Positions 46,972 to 56,230 of a stretch of 64,000 bases of DNA are shown piece by piece. Every line of letters begins with the position of its first letter. Position 1 is the first letter of the stretch. The DNA comes from Anaerolineae bacterium (lineage in GTDB: Bacteria; Chloroflexota; Anaerolineae; Anaerolineales; RBG-16-64-43): contig PLND01000063.1 in assembly GCA_003141675.1 (NCBI GenBank), positions 30,036 through 94,035 on the forward strand. Reading direction: 5' to 3'. The notes under the pieces were generated by a model. It saw only the letters and a list, made by a program, of their open reading frames with translations. It did not search any database and had not been told where the DNA came from. Position numbers and translations under genes: made by a program.

Positions 46972-48270
46972 CTACCGTCGCCGGTCTCCACCCGGCCTTC
47001 GGGGCGCAGGTTTTCTTCCCCAGCCGGAATGCGCCGGCTTTGCGGCGGATGCTTTCGGTTTGCGGGTGGGTGCAGATTGGTGCGGCTTGCGCGCGGAGCC
47101 GGAAGTATGCGGCCTGCGTGAGTCGTTCGCCGGCTTGGGTGGCGGCGCTGCCTTATAGTCAAAATCATCCATCATGCGCCGCGGGAGCGGCTTCCCCATG
47201 ATTTTCTCCAGGGTCCGGACGAGTTCGCCGTCCTCGGTTGTGACCAGCGTGAACGCATCGCCGGTCCGCTCCATCCGGCCGGTCCGGCCGATACGGTGGA
47301 TGTACGCGTCGGCGGTGTCGGGCATGTCGAAGTTGATCACATGCGAGATATTCTCCACGTCCAGCCCGCGGGCGGCGATATCCGTGGCGACCATGATCTG
47401 GTACCGGCCGTCTTTGAACCCGCTGAGCGCGGTCTGGCGCTGCCCTTGCGTGCGGTTGCTGTGCAGGCTCGTCGCGCGGAAGCCCGCCAGGCCGATCTGC
47501 CGCGCCAGCTTCTCCGCGCGGTGCTTGGTGCGAGTAAAAATCAGAACCGATTCCGTGTCGGTGCGCCGCAGCAGGGTAAGCAGCAGTGCGGTTTTCAAAT
47601 GCTGCGGAACCGGAAACAAAGCGTGGGTGACCGTCTGAACCGGAGCGTGAAGGCCGATCGATATCCGCTGCGGATGATTCAGTGTTTTCGCCGCCAGCTG
47701 TTCGATCTCGGGCGGGAAGGTCGCCGAAAACAGCATCGTCTGCCGGCGCGCGGGAAGAAGCGCCAGGATGCGCTTTACGTCGGGCAGGAAACCCATATCA
47801 AGCATCCGGTCAGCTTCGTCCAGGACCAGCACTTCCACCTTGTCGAAGCGGGCGTGGCGCTGCTGGACCAGATCCAGCAGGCGGCCGGGGCAGGCAACGA
47901 GGATTTCCACCCCGTCGTGGAGCGCCTTGATTTGCGGCGCCGGGCCGACGCCGCCGTAGATCGTGGCACTGCGCAATCCCGTTTCCGCCCCCAGACCGCG
48001 GATGACCTCGTGGATCTGCTCGGCCAGTTCCCGCGTGGGGGTGACGATCAAAGCCCGCGTGCATTTGCGCGGGCCGGGCAGTAGCCGCTGCAGGATGGGC
48101 AGGACGAACGCGGCCGTTTTGCCGGTTCCGGTCTGCGCCGTTCCGATCAAATCGTGTCCGGCGATGGCCGCCGGGATGGCGCTATTTTGAATGGCGGTCG
48201 GCTCGTGATAGCCGGCGCGATGGATCCTCGTCATCAGGCGCGGATCGAGGTTGAATTGCTGAAAACTCAC
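46972..48270 (-). CDS. DEAD-box ATP-dependent RNA helicase (RhlE-like)
   Basis: Q motif (F...PTAIQ), AQTGTGKT, DEAD, SAT and HRIGRTGR. Basic C-terminal tail. Confidence 0.95.
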   Translation of the reverse strand: MSFQQFNLDPRLMTRIHRAGYHEPTAIQNSAIPAAIAGHDLIGTAQTGTGKTAAFVLPILQRLLPGPRKCTRALIVTPTRELAEQIHEVIRGLGAETGLRSATIYGGVGPAPQIKALHDGVEILVACPGRLLDLVQQRHARFDKVEVLVLDEADRMLDMGFLPDVKRILALLPARRQTMLFSATFPPEIEQLAAKTLNHPQRISIGLHAPVQTVTHALFPVPQHLKTALLLTLLRRTDTESVLIFTRTKHRAEKLARQIGLAGFRATSLHSNRTQGQRQTALSGFKDGRYQIMVATDIAARGLDVENISHVINFDMPDTADAYIHRIGRTGRMERTGDAFTLVTTEDGELVRTLEKIMGKPLPRRMMDDFDYKAAPPPKPANDSRRPHTSGSARKPHQSAPTRKPKASAAKPAHSGWGRKPAPRRPGGDRRR

Positions 48271-48508
48271 TGTTGATCCTTTTCTTCAGAAGTCAAGCGG
48301 ATGTCAGGGGTTCGAGCGAGGCTCTAGCAAATGACAGAAGCAGCGACTGCTGAAATAGTTGGTTGATAATAGAAGCATACTACCGGATTGATGGGGAAAA
48401 GTCAATTGCGCGGGAATCCCAACGCAATTTCCCTCCTTTGACTCCACTATTTACCTGCCCTCCTAGTAGTCCCCCCATTTTCGTTCAGATAATAGGGGGA
48501 GAGTGTTC

Positions 48509-49207
48509 TTAAGGGGAAGAGGCTGCCCGCATCTCGCGTCGTATAAACTCAGCCGCTTGGTGCAAGTCGCGGAGCACTTCCCAGGCCGCGGCAGCCGCTT
48601 GCGGCGATGGGTGCTTTTGGTCCGGGATAGCCACCACGCGCATCCCGGCGGCGCACGCGGCCAGCACTCCCGGATCGGAATCTTCGAAGACCAGGCACTC
48701 CTCCGGCGGCACACCCAGCCGCTCGGCGGCGAGCAGGAAGATATCCGGGGCGGGCTTGCCGTGCGCAACCTCGTCGCCGCCCGCGAAGGTTTCAAACTCG
48801 GTCTCAACGCCTGCGACTTTCAATTTGTACATCGCCCGCTCGCGGGCGGTCGATGTGGCCACCGCCTTGCGCAAGCCGAGCGAGTCCACGGCCGCGAGGA
48901 ACAGGCGCAGGCCCGGTTTTTGGGGGATACCCTCTGTGGCGATGATCTCATCCACCAGCGCGAGTTTACGCATGTAAATCGAATCATATGGAATGTCGGC
49001 TCCATACCAGGACCGCATTTTCACGCCGACATCGGAAACTGTAAGTCCGATGAGCTCGAGATATTTTTCATCCGAGATGGTCAAACCCCATTCGGCCAGC
49101 GTCCGTCGCCAGGCGGTGCGCGACATCCCCTCGGTGTCGAGCATCAACCCGTCCATATCCAGGATCACGGCGCGGATCGGCGGCTCGGATTTCTTCTCGA
49201 TATCCAT
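48509..49207 (-). CDS. HAD-superfamily hydrolase (beta-phosphoglucomutase-like subfamily)
   Basis: Motif I ILDMDGLMLDTE, motif II TSTAR and motif IV FEDSDPGV. Confidence 0.85.
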   Translation of the reverse strand: MDIEKKSEPPIRAVILDMDGLMLDTEGMSRTAWRRTLAEWGLTISDEKYLELIGLTVSDVGVKMRSWYGADIPYDSIYMRKLALVDEIIATEGIPQKPGLRLFLAAVDSLGLRKAVATSTARERAMYKLKVAGVETEFETFAGGDEVAHGKPAPDIFLLAAERLGVPPEECLVFEDSDPGVLAACAAGMRVVAIPDQKHPSPQAAAAAWEVLRDLHQAAEFIRREMRAASSP

Positions 49208-49299
49208 GCGGGATATTTTACCCTTCTCTCCCGATTGGAAAGGATCGCATCCCCTGTGATAAAATTATCCTCAATCCAACGGCGGGCTTCAGGCCCGCC

Positions 49300-49425
49300 G
49301 GCTCATCCAGAGAGGCGGAGGGACCGGCCCGATGAAGCCTCGGCAACCGCCCCGCGCCAGCGGGAAAGGTGCCAACTCCGGCAGAAACCCGGCATAAGCG
49401 CCGGGCATTCTGGAAGATGAGGAGC
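49300..49425 (+). promoter_or_regulatory. SAM-I (S-box) riboswitch aptamer
   Basis: CUCAUCCAGAGAGGCGGAGGGACCGGCCCGAUGAAGCCUCGGCAACC...AAGGUGCCAACUCCGGCAGA...GGAAGAUGAG matches the S-box consensus nearly base for base. P1 pairs CTCATC (49302-49307) with GATGAG (49416-49421). Confidence 0.95.
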
Positions 49426-49437
49426 GAAGGTAGTATT

Positions 49438-49463
49438 AACCTCTCTTCCAGAGAGGTTTTTTT
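49438..49463 (+). terminator. riboswitch expression-platform terminator
   Basis: Stem AACCTCTC / GAGAGGTT, loop TTCCA, then a T7 run. GGAAGATGAGG (49412-49422) can alternatively pair with CCTCTCTTCC (49440-49449) as an antiterminator. Confidence 0.85.
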
Positions 49464-49471
49464 ATCCCTGA

Positions 49472-49559
49472 CCTAGCCTCCTCACCCGGCCTTCGGCCAC
49501 CCTCTCCCCCTTCCCTTAAGGGAAGGGGGAGAGGGTCGGGGAGGGGAGTGGGGGTTAGG
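49472..49559 (+). repeat. about 88-nt GC-rich extended palindrome between riboswitch terminator and metH start
   Basis: Perfect 16-bp core CCCTCTCCCCCTTCCC-TTAA-GGGAAGGGGGAGAGGG (49500-49535) with imperfect outer arms. Shares the GGCCTTCGGCC submodule with the lysE-flanking repeats. Confidence 0.8.
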
Positions 49560-49575
49560 TCGGCAGGAGCGCACC

Positions 49576-52500
49576 ATGATCTTCGAACGCAGATACCTCG
49601 ACGCCCTGGCTCAGCGCGTACTGGTGCATGGCGGAGTGATGGGCTCCAATATCCAAAAGCTCAACCTGACGGCCGAGGATTACGGCGGTCGGGTCACGGA
49701 GGGTTTGAGCGACTACCTCACGCTGGTCAAACCCTCGGTGATTACGGACGTGCACCGCTCTTTCCTCGAGGTCGGCGTGGACGTGATCATCACCTGTTCC
49801 TTCCGCGCCAACCGGATCACGCTCAAAGATTACGGCCTGGAGGATAAAGTCCATGAGATCACCCGTGCGGCCGCGACGCTGGCCCGCCGGGCGGCGGATG
49901 AATTTTCCACCTCCGCCCAACCGCGCTTCGTGGTCGGCACGATCGGCCCGACGGGCAAGCTGCCCTCCTCGGAGGATCCGGAGCTGTCGAACGTCTCCTT
50001 CGACGAGCTGGTCGACATCGCCCGCGAGCAGGCGGTGGGGCTGATCGAAGGCGGGTCGGACGCGATCGTGCTTGAGACGTCGCAGGACCTGCTCGAACTG
50101 AAAGCCTCGATCTTCGGCGCGCACAAGGCGTTTGCCGAAACCGGCAAGCGCGTGCCGATCCAAGCCCAGGTGACGCTGGATACCACCGGCCGCATGCTGC
50201 TGGGCACCGACATCACCGCCGTGGCCGCGGTTCTCGAACGCCTGCCGGTCGAGGTGATCGGCCTCAACTGTTCCACCGGCCCGGAGCACATGCGCGAGCC
50301 GGTGCGTTACCTGTGCGAACATTCGGCCAAATTCATTTCCGCCATCCCCAACGCCGGCATGCCGCTAAACATCGACGGCCGGGCGGTGTATCCGCTCGAG
50401 CCGGAACCGTTTGCGCGCGCGCTGGCCGAGTTTGCGGAAAAATTCGGCGCTAACGTAGTCGGCGGCTGCTGCGGCACAACGCCCGAGCACCTCAGGCGGC
50501 TGGTGGAACTCGTCGGCGGGCGTCCGCGGCTCCAGCGCGCCGTCACGGCGGAGCCCGAACTTTCCTCGGCGATGCGGGCGGTGGCGATGCGGCAATCCCC
50601 GCCACCGCTGCTGATCGGCGAGCGGCTCAACACGCAGGGCAGCCGCAAGGTGAAAGAACTGCTGCTAGCGGAGAATTTCGAGGCGCTCGCGCAGATCGGC
50701 CGGGAGCAGACGGAGGGCGGGGCGCACGCGCTGGACGTATGCACCGCGCTCACCGAGCGCGCCGACGAGGCGGATTTGATGAGGCGGTTGGTTCACAAAC
50801 TGGCGCTTAGCGTCGACGCCCCGTTGGTCGTTGACTCGACCGAGGCGGCCGTGATCGAGGCCGCGCTGAAGGCCGCGCCCGGCCGCTGCATCGTCAACTC
50901 GATCCACTTGGAGGGCGGCCGCGGGCGGATCGATTCGTACGTTCCGCTGGCCAAAGCGCACGGCGCGGCATTGATCGCGCTGACCATCGACGAGCAGGGG
51001 ATGGCCAAGACCGCCCAGCGCAAGCTCGAGGCGGCCCATCGCATATTCGAAATCGCCACCGGCGAGTTCGGTCTGGCGCCGGAGGATCTGATCTTCGATC
51101 TTCTCACCTTCACCCTGGCCACCGGCGAGGAGGAATTCGCCCGCTCGGCGATCGAGACCATCGAAGGCGTCCGGCGTTTGAAGCAGGAGCTGCCCGGCGT
51201 GTTCACCTCGCTGGGCGTGAGCAACGTATCCTTCGGGCTCTCTCCCGCCGCGCGCGCCGTGCTCAACTCGGTCTTTCTCTATCACTGCGTAAAGGCGGGA
51301 CTGGATATGGCGATCGTCAACCCCCGGCAGATCACACCGTACGCGGATATCCCCGCGCGCGCGCGAGAGCTGGCCGAGGATCTGATCTTCAACCGCCGGA
51401 ACGACGCGCTCTCAAGGTTGATCGCCGCATTTGAGGGCGTGGCGGCCACAGCCGAGGCACCGGACGAGGCCGCGGGGCTGCCGCTTGAGGAACGCATCCC
51501 CTGGCGGATAGTCCATCGCAAGCGGGAGCATATAGAAGAAGAGATCGATGCGCTCTTGGCGCAGCGGTTGCGGGCATCTGGGAAGAATGCGGACGGGCCG
51601 ATCCCCAATCCGGAATCCAGCCGCGCCGCAGTGGTTCTCCTCAACACGCTTTTACTACCGGCGATGAAAGAAGTGGGCGATCTATTTGGGAGAGGCGAAC
51701 TCATCCTGCCCTTCGTGCTGCAATCGGCCGAGGTGATGAAGCGCGCCGTGACGCACCTGGAGCGCTACCTGGTGCGCGCCGAGGGCGTGACCAAAGGCAA
51801 GCTGGTGCTGGCGACGGTCTATGGTGACGTGCACGACATCGGCAAGAACCTGGTCAAGACGATCCTGGTCAACAACGGCTTCACGGTGATCGACCTGGGG
51901 AAACAGGTGCCGGTGGAGACGATCGTGGCGCGGGCGGAGGAGGAGAAAGCGGATGCCATCGGGCTTTCGGCGCTGCTGGTTTCCACCAGCCGCCAGATGC
52001 CGCTGGTGGTGCAGGAACTGAACCGCCGCGGGGCGCGCACGCCGGTGCTCATCGGCGGGGCCGCGATCAACCGCACGTTTGGCCGAAGAATTCTCTTCGG
52101 GCAGGAACATCAGCCGTATCAAGGCGGGGTGTTCTATTGCAAGGACGCCTTTGAAGGGCTTGCGACGATGGAGAAATTGCGCGACCCGGCCGCCCGCGAG
52201 GAAGCGATCCGCGCCAATCGCGCCGAGGCGGAGGAGGAGAAGATTTCTCCGCCGGTTGCACCCGCGCCGGGCGCGCCGCTCCGTTCGGAGGCGGCCGCCC
52301 ACCGCGTTCCGATCCCCGTTCCGCCATTCTACGGCGCGCGCATCGTGCGTGATATGGAACTTTCCGAAGTGTTCGATTGCCTCGACCGCGACGAGCTCTA
52401 CCGCCTCTCGTGGGGGGCCAAGAATACGCACGGTGCGGATTGGGATCGCCTGCGCAAGGAATTCGACGCCCGGTTCGAGCAAATGACATGCGAGGCCCTG

Positions 52501-53091
52501 CGCGCGCCGTGGCTTTACCCGCAGGGAGTGTATGGATACTTCCCCGCCCAATCCGCGGGCGACACGTTGATCGTCTACGATCCGGCGTCGGTGCCCACCA
52601 GCGCGCCGCGCGAGCTGGCGCGCTTTACCTTCCCGCGCCAGCCGGAGCAGGAAAGATTGTGCCTGGCCGATTATTTTGCCCCGGTGGATTCCGGCCTACT
52701 GGATCTGGCGATCTTCCAGGTGGTGACGGTCGGCCGTGAGGCGACCGCCCGTCTCGAGAAACTGCAATCGGCCGACGAATATTCGCAGGGCTATTATCTG
52801 CATGGGCTCGCGGTACAGACCGCGGAAGCGGCGGCCGAGTATTTGCACCGCAGGATCCGGAGCGAACTCGCGCTGCCGGCGGACCGCGGCAAGCGTTATT
52901 CGTGGGGCTATCCCGCCGTTCCCGCGCTTGAGGATCATCGTAAAGTGTTCGACCTGCTTCCCGCGGAGAAGGAACTCGGTATGGCGCTCACGCCTGCGTT
53001 CCAACTCGTGCCGGAACAATCCACAGCCGCGATCGTGGTGCACCATCCGGAGGCGAAATACTTCATGGTGCCGCAGGCGAGGCAGGGATGA
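49576..53091 (+). CDS. metH: cobalamin-dependent methionine synthase
   Basis: Hcy-binding domain (GGCCGTTPEH), pterin-binding domain, B12 motif GDVHDIGKN and a C-terminal AdoMet-activation domain. Confidence 0.97.
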   Translation: MIFERRYLDALAQRVLVHGGVMGSNIQKLNLTAEDYGGRVTEGLSDYLTLVKPSVITDVHRSFLEVGVDVIITCSFRANRITLKDYGLEDKVHEITRAAATLARRAADEFSTSAQPRFVVGTIGPTGKLPSSEDPELSNVSFDELVDIAREQAVGLIEGGSDAIVLETSQDLLELKASIFGAHKAFAETGKRVPIQAQVTLDTTGRMLLGTDITAVAAVLERLPVEVIGLNCSTGPEHMREPVRYLCEHSAKFISAIPNAGMPLNIDGRAVYPLEPEPFARALAEFAEKFGANVVGGCCGTTPEHLRRLVELVGGRPRLQRAVTAEPELSSAMRAVAMRQSPPPLLIGERLNTQGSRKVKELLLAENFEALAQIGREQTEGGAHALDVCTALTERADEADLMRRLVHKLALSVDAPLVVDSTEAAVIEAALKAAPGRCIVNSIHLEGGRGRIDSYVPLAKAHGAALIALTIDEQGMAKTAQRKLEAAHRIFEIATGEFGLAPEDLIFDLLTFTLATGEEEFARSAIETIEGVRRLKQELPGVFTSLGVSNVSFGLSPAARAVLNSVFLYHCVKAGLDMAIVNPRQITPYADIPARARELAEDLIFNRRNDALSRLIAAFEGVAATAEAPDEAAGLPLEERIPWRIVHRKREHIEEEIDALLAQRLRASGKNADGPIPNPESSRAAVVLLNTLLLPAMKEVGDLFGRGELILPFVLQSAEVMKRAVTHLERYLVRAEGVTKGKLVLATVYGDVHDIGKNLVKTILVNNGFTVIDLGKQVPVETIVARAEEEKADAIGLSALLVSTSRQMPLVVQELNRRGARTPVLIGGAAINRTFGRRILFGQEHQPYQGGVFYCKDAFEGLATMEKLRDPAAREEAIRANRAEAEEEKISPPVAPAPGAPLRSEAAAHRVPIPVPPFYGARIVRDMELSEVFDCLDRDELYRLSWGAKNTHGADWDRLRKEFDARFEQMTCEALRAPWLYPQGVYGYFPAQSAGDTLIVYDPASVPTSAPRELARFTFPRQPEQERLCLADYFAPVDSGLLDLAIFQVVTVGREATARLEKLQSADEYSQGYYLHGLAVQTAEAAAEYLHRRIRSELALPADRGKRYSWGYPAVPALEDHRKVFDLLPAEKELGMALTPAFQLVPEQSTAAIVVHHPEAKYFMVPQARQG

Positions 53092-53096
53092 GATTG

Positions 53097-53317
53097 TTGT
53101 GTGGAAAGAGTCACTGATCCCTCGCCCAAAAACCGGGCTCGGGATGACATCCCATGGGACCGTAGCGCACACTCAGTATGTCATTCCGACCCCGAGCGTA
53201 GCGAGGGGGAGGAATCGGTAACGCATGGTTGGAGAGATGCATGTTTTGTGGATTGCGTCCGCGATTCCTCGGCTTTCGGCCTCGGAGTGACATTCAATAG
53301 GAGTGACATTGAATAGG
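53097..53317 (+). repeat. composite palindromic repeat, copy A (one half-unit plus one degenerate full unit)
   Basis: TTGTGTGGAAAGAGTCAC...GATGACATCC, then TATGTCATTCCGA...GGAATCGGTAACGCATGG...TTTTGTGGAT...GAGTGACATTCAATAGG. Starts 6 nt after the metH stop. Confidence 0.8.
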
Positions 53318-53337
53318 AATGGCCTTTCATAATTGAC

Positions 53338-53958
53338 ATGATCCCCTATATTCTTCAAGGCATCGTCTTCGGTTTCGCAGCCGCGGTACAGCCCGGCCCG
53401 TTGCAGGCGTACATCATCCTGCAGACCTTGAAGCATGGCTGGCGGCGGACGATTGTGCTCGCGATCGTCCCGCTGTTGAGCGACATGCCAATCATCGCGG
53501 TGGTCGTATTCGTTTTGGCGGCCATCCCAAATCTGTGGGTGATTGCACTGCGAGTCATCGGCGGCGCCTTCCTGCTCCACCTCGCGGCGAGTGCGGTTCG
53601 TTCGGTTCGGAACGCGCCGGAAGAGACGGATGCGACGGAAGGAGCCCAACCCAGGGGATTGCCGCAGGCTGTGTTGATCAATCTGCTTAATCCCAATCCG
53701 TACCTTTTCTGGGGTTTGGTCACCGGCCCGATTTTAATCGTCGGATGGAAACAAAATCCCGCCTTCGGAATCGGATTGATCGCGGCGTTTTATCTTGTAT
53801 TGATTTTTTTCAATGCGGTGATCATCCTGGTGGTTTCCTCCGCGCGGCGGCTGAACCTTCGCTTCCGCCGGCTTCTCGTGATCCTCTCGGCGGGCGGACT
53901 CGCCGTCTTCGGCGTGTACCAATTGTGGATGGGGATCGCGGGCCTGTTCCACGGCTGA
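53338..53958 (+). CDS. LysE/RhtB-family amino-acid exporter
   Basis: About 6 TM helices. N-terminal GFAAAVQPGPLQ and LNPNPYLFW blocks are typical of LysE/RhtB. Confidence 0.85.
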   Translation: MIPYILQGIVFGFAAAVQPGPLQAYIILQTLKHGWRRTIVLAIVPLLSDMPIIAVVVFVLAAIPNLWVIALRVIGGAFLLHLAASAVRSVRNAPEETDATEGAQPRGLPQAVLINLLNPNPYLFWGLVTGPILIVGWKQNPAFGIGLIAAFYLVLIFFNAVIILVVSSARRLNLRFRRLLVILSAGGLAVFGVYQLWMGIAGLFHG

Positions 53959-53985
53959 CAATGGGAAAGACGGCACGCACTTCGT

Positions 53986-54339
53986 ATATCATTCCGAACC
54001 CGACATCGAGCGGAGCGAGATGGAGGGGGAGGAGTCGGTGATGCGTGGATGAAGAGAAGCGGGTTTTGTGGAAAGAGTCACTGACTCCTCGGCCTTCGGC
54101 CATCCCGGCCCACCCCACCGGGGCGGGCGAAGTGACATTCAATAGGGATGACACCAAATGGGATCGCTTCACACATGCAGGATGTCATTCCGAGGAGCCC
54201 TGAAAGGGCGACGAGGAATCGGTAGCGCATGAATGAAGAGAAGCAGGCTTTGTGGAAAGAGTCACCGACTCCTCGGCCTTTGGCCTCCCCGGCCCACCCC
54301 ACCGGGGCGGGCGGAGTGACATTCAATAGGGATGACATC
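53986..54339 (+). repeat. composite palindromic repeat, copies B (53986-54155) and C (54182-54339) in tandem
   Basis: Both copies read ATGTCATTCCGA-[hairpin]-GGAATCGGT(A/G)(A/G)CGCATG-AAGAGAAGC(A/G)GG-TTTGTGGAAAGAGTCAC(T/C)GACTCCTCGGCCTT(C/T)GGCC-CCCGGCCCACCCCACCGGGGCGGGCG(A/G)AGTGACATTCAATAGGGATGACA. B and C are closely similar over the shared 3' two-thirds (near-identical by eye). Confidence 0.9.
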
Positions 54340-54367
54340 GATTAGGCGTGATATTTCCTGGGAGAGT

Positions 54368-56224
54368 ATGACCAACCAATTTCTGCAACGGCTCACTTTG
54401 AACGGCGGCAAACCGCTCCTGGCCGACGGCGCGATGGGGACGCTGCTCTTGGCGCGCGGCGCGCTGCCGGAAGAAAATCTCGACGAGCTCAACCTTAAGC
54501 GCCCCGAGCTGGTTGCGCAGGTCCACCGGGACTACCTGCGCTCGGGCGCGCAGATCATCGAGACCAATACCTACGGCGCCAACCGCTACAAACTTACAGT
54601 GATGGGGCTGGAAAGCAAACTGGAAGAAATCATCCGCGCCGGCGTAAAAATCGCCCGGCGCGAGGCGGAACGTAATGCGGGAGGGGCCCTGGTGGCGGGC
54701 AGCATGGGGCCGCTCGGCGTGCGCCTCTCCCCCTACGGGCGTGTCAAACCGGAGGCAGCCGAGGCCGCGTTCGGCGAACAGGCGTCGCTTCTATTAAAAG
54801 AAGGCGTGGATCTGATCTTGATCGAATCGCTTAATGACGTCCAGGAAGCGCTCGCGGCATTGCGCGCAACCCGAGCTGCGGGAGCGCGGTTCATCGGGGT
54901 GAGTCTGACCTTCACCCGCGACGGATTAACGCTCCTGGGCGATTCTCCAGTCGAGGCGGCGCGCATGCTGGCCGAGGCGGGCGCGGATCTGATCGGCGTC
55001 AACTGTTCGAGCGGTCCGGCGCAGGCGATCCGAATCTTAACAGCGATGCGCTCGGCGGCACCGCAGGCTCGCTTCTCCGCGATGCCGAACGCCGGCTGGC
55101 CCGAAACCGTCGGCGGACGGATACTCTACCCGGCCGGGCCGGGATACTTCGGCCGGTACGCGCAAGCGTTTGCCGAAGCGGGCGCAAGCGTGATCGGGGG
55201 CTGCTGCGGTACCACCCCGGAACACATCGCGGCGATGGGCCGCGCGCTGGAATCCTTCAAGCCCATAAAGGCTGGCGCGACGATCGCGGTGGAAGCGGTG
55301 GGCGAGGAACGCTCAGCTGAGCCGCCGGAGCCGACCCAATTTGCCGTCAAGCTTGCGTCCGGAAAATTCACCATCGGAGTCGAGGTCGATCCGCCGAAGG
55401 GATTCTCAACCCACAAACTGATGGCTGGAGCGAGTATGCTTGCCGAGGCGGGCGCGGACGTGATCAACGTAGCCGACAGCCCGATGGCGCGCATGCGCAT
55501 GAGCCCCTGGGCGGTGTGTCGCCTGATCCAGGAGCGCTTCGGGATCGAAACGATATTGCACTTCCCGACCCGCGGGCGCAACCTGCTGCGCGTGCAGGGC
55601 GACCTGCTGGCGGCGCACGCCCTGGGCATCCGGAATCTCTTCGTGGTCATGGGCGACCCGACCGCCGTGGGGGATTTTCCGCACTCGGCCGACAATTACG
55701 ACATCGTCCCTTCCGGCCTGATCCGCCTGATCAAGGGATCCTTCAACCTCGGCCGCGATAACGCCGGGCGCGATATCGGTGCGCCGACCGCATTCTTCGT
55801 CGGCTGCGCGCTTAATTTGTGCGCGCCCGATCCCATTAAAGAGATAAAAACCTTGCGCAGGAAGATCGACGCCGGCGCGGATTTCATCCTCACCCAGCCG
55901 GTGTTCGAGCCGGAATGCGCCGCTTCCTTTTTGGATGCATACCGCCACGAGTGCGGCGAGCTGAAAGCGCCCGTGCTGGCCGGGATCATGCCGCTCTACG
56001 GCGTGAAGCACGCCGCTTTCCTGCACAACGAGGTGCCGGGAATGGCGATCCCGGAGAAAATCCGCGCGCGCATCGAGCGGGCGGGCGAGCGCGCGCCGGA
56101 GGAAGGCGTGCGCATCGCGATCGAACTCCTGCGCGCGCTGCGTGGCTTGGTCCAAGGCGCGTACGTCATGCCGGCCTTCGGGCGCTACGACCTGGCGGCG
56201 GAGATCATCGAGGGGATGAAATAA
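54368..56224 (+). CDS. bifunctional homocysteine S-methyltransferase / 5,10-methylenetetrahydrofolate reductase (YitJ-like)
   Basis: N-terminal Hcy-binding domain (LLADGAMGT, NCSSGP, GGCCGTTPEH) and C-terminal MTHFR domain (PTRGRN, TQPVFE). Start MTNQFLQRL. The 12 upstream codons of the ORF lie inside repeat copy C. Confidence 0.92.
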   Translation: MTNQFLQRLTLNGGKPLLADGAMGTLLLARGALPEENLDELNLKRPELVAQVHRDYLRSGAQIIETNTYGANRYKLTVMGLESKLEEIIRAGVKIARREAERNAGGALVAGSMGPLGVRLSPYGRVKPEAAEAAFGEQASLLLKEGVDLILIESLNDVQEALAALRATRAAGARFIGVSLTFTRDGLTLLGDSPVEAARMLAEAGADLIGVNCSSGPAQAIRILTAMRSAAPQARFSAMPNAGWPETVGGRILYPAGPGYFGRYAQAFAEAGASVIGGCCGTTPEHIAAMGRALESFKPIKAGATIAVEAVGEERSAEPPEPTQFAVKLASGKFTIGVEVDPPKGFSTHKLMAGASMLAEAGADVINVADSPMARMRMSPWAVCRLIQERFGIETILHFPTRGRNLLRVQGDLLAAHALGIRNLFVVMGDPTAVGDFPHSADNYDIVPSGLIRLIKGSFNLGRDNAGRDIGAPTAFFVGCALNLCAPDPIKEIKTLRRKIDAGADFILTQPVFEPECAASFLDAYRHECGELKAPVLAGIMPLYGVKHAAFLHNEVPGMAIPEKIRARIERAGERAPEEGVRIAIELLRALRGLVQGAYVMPAFGRYDLAAEIIEGMK

Positions 56225-56230
56225 ACTTCG

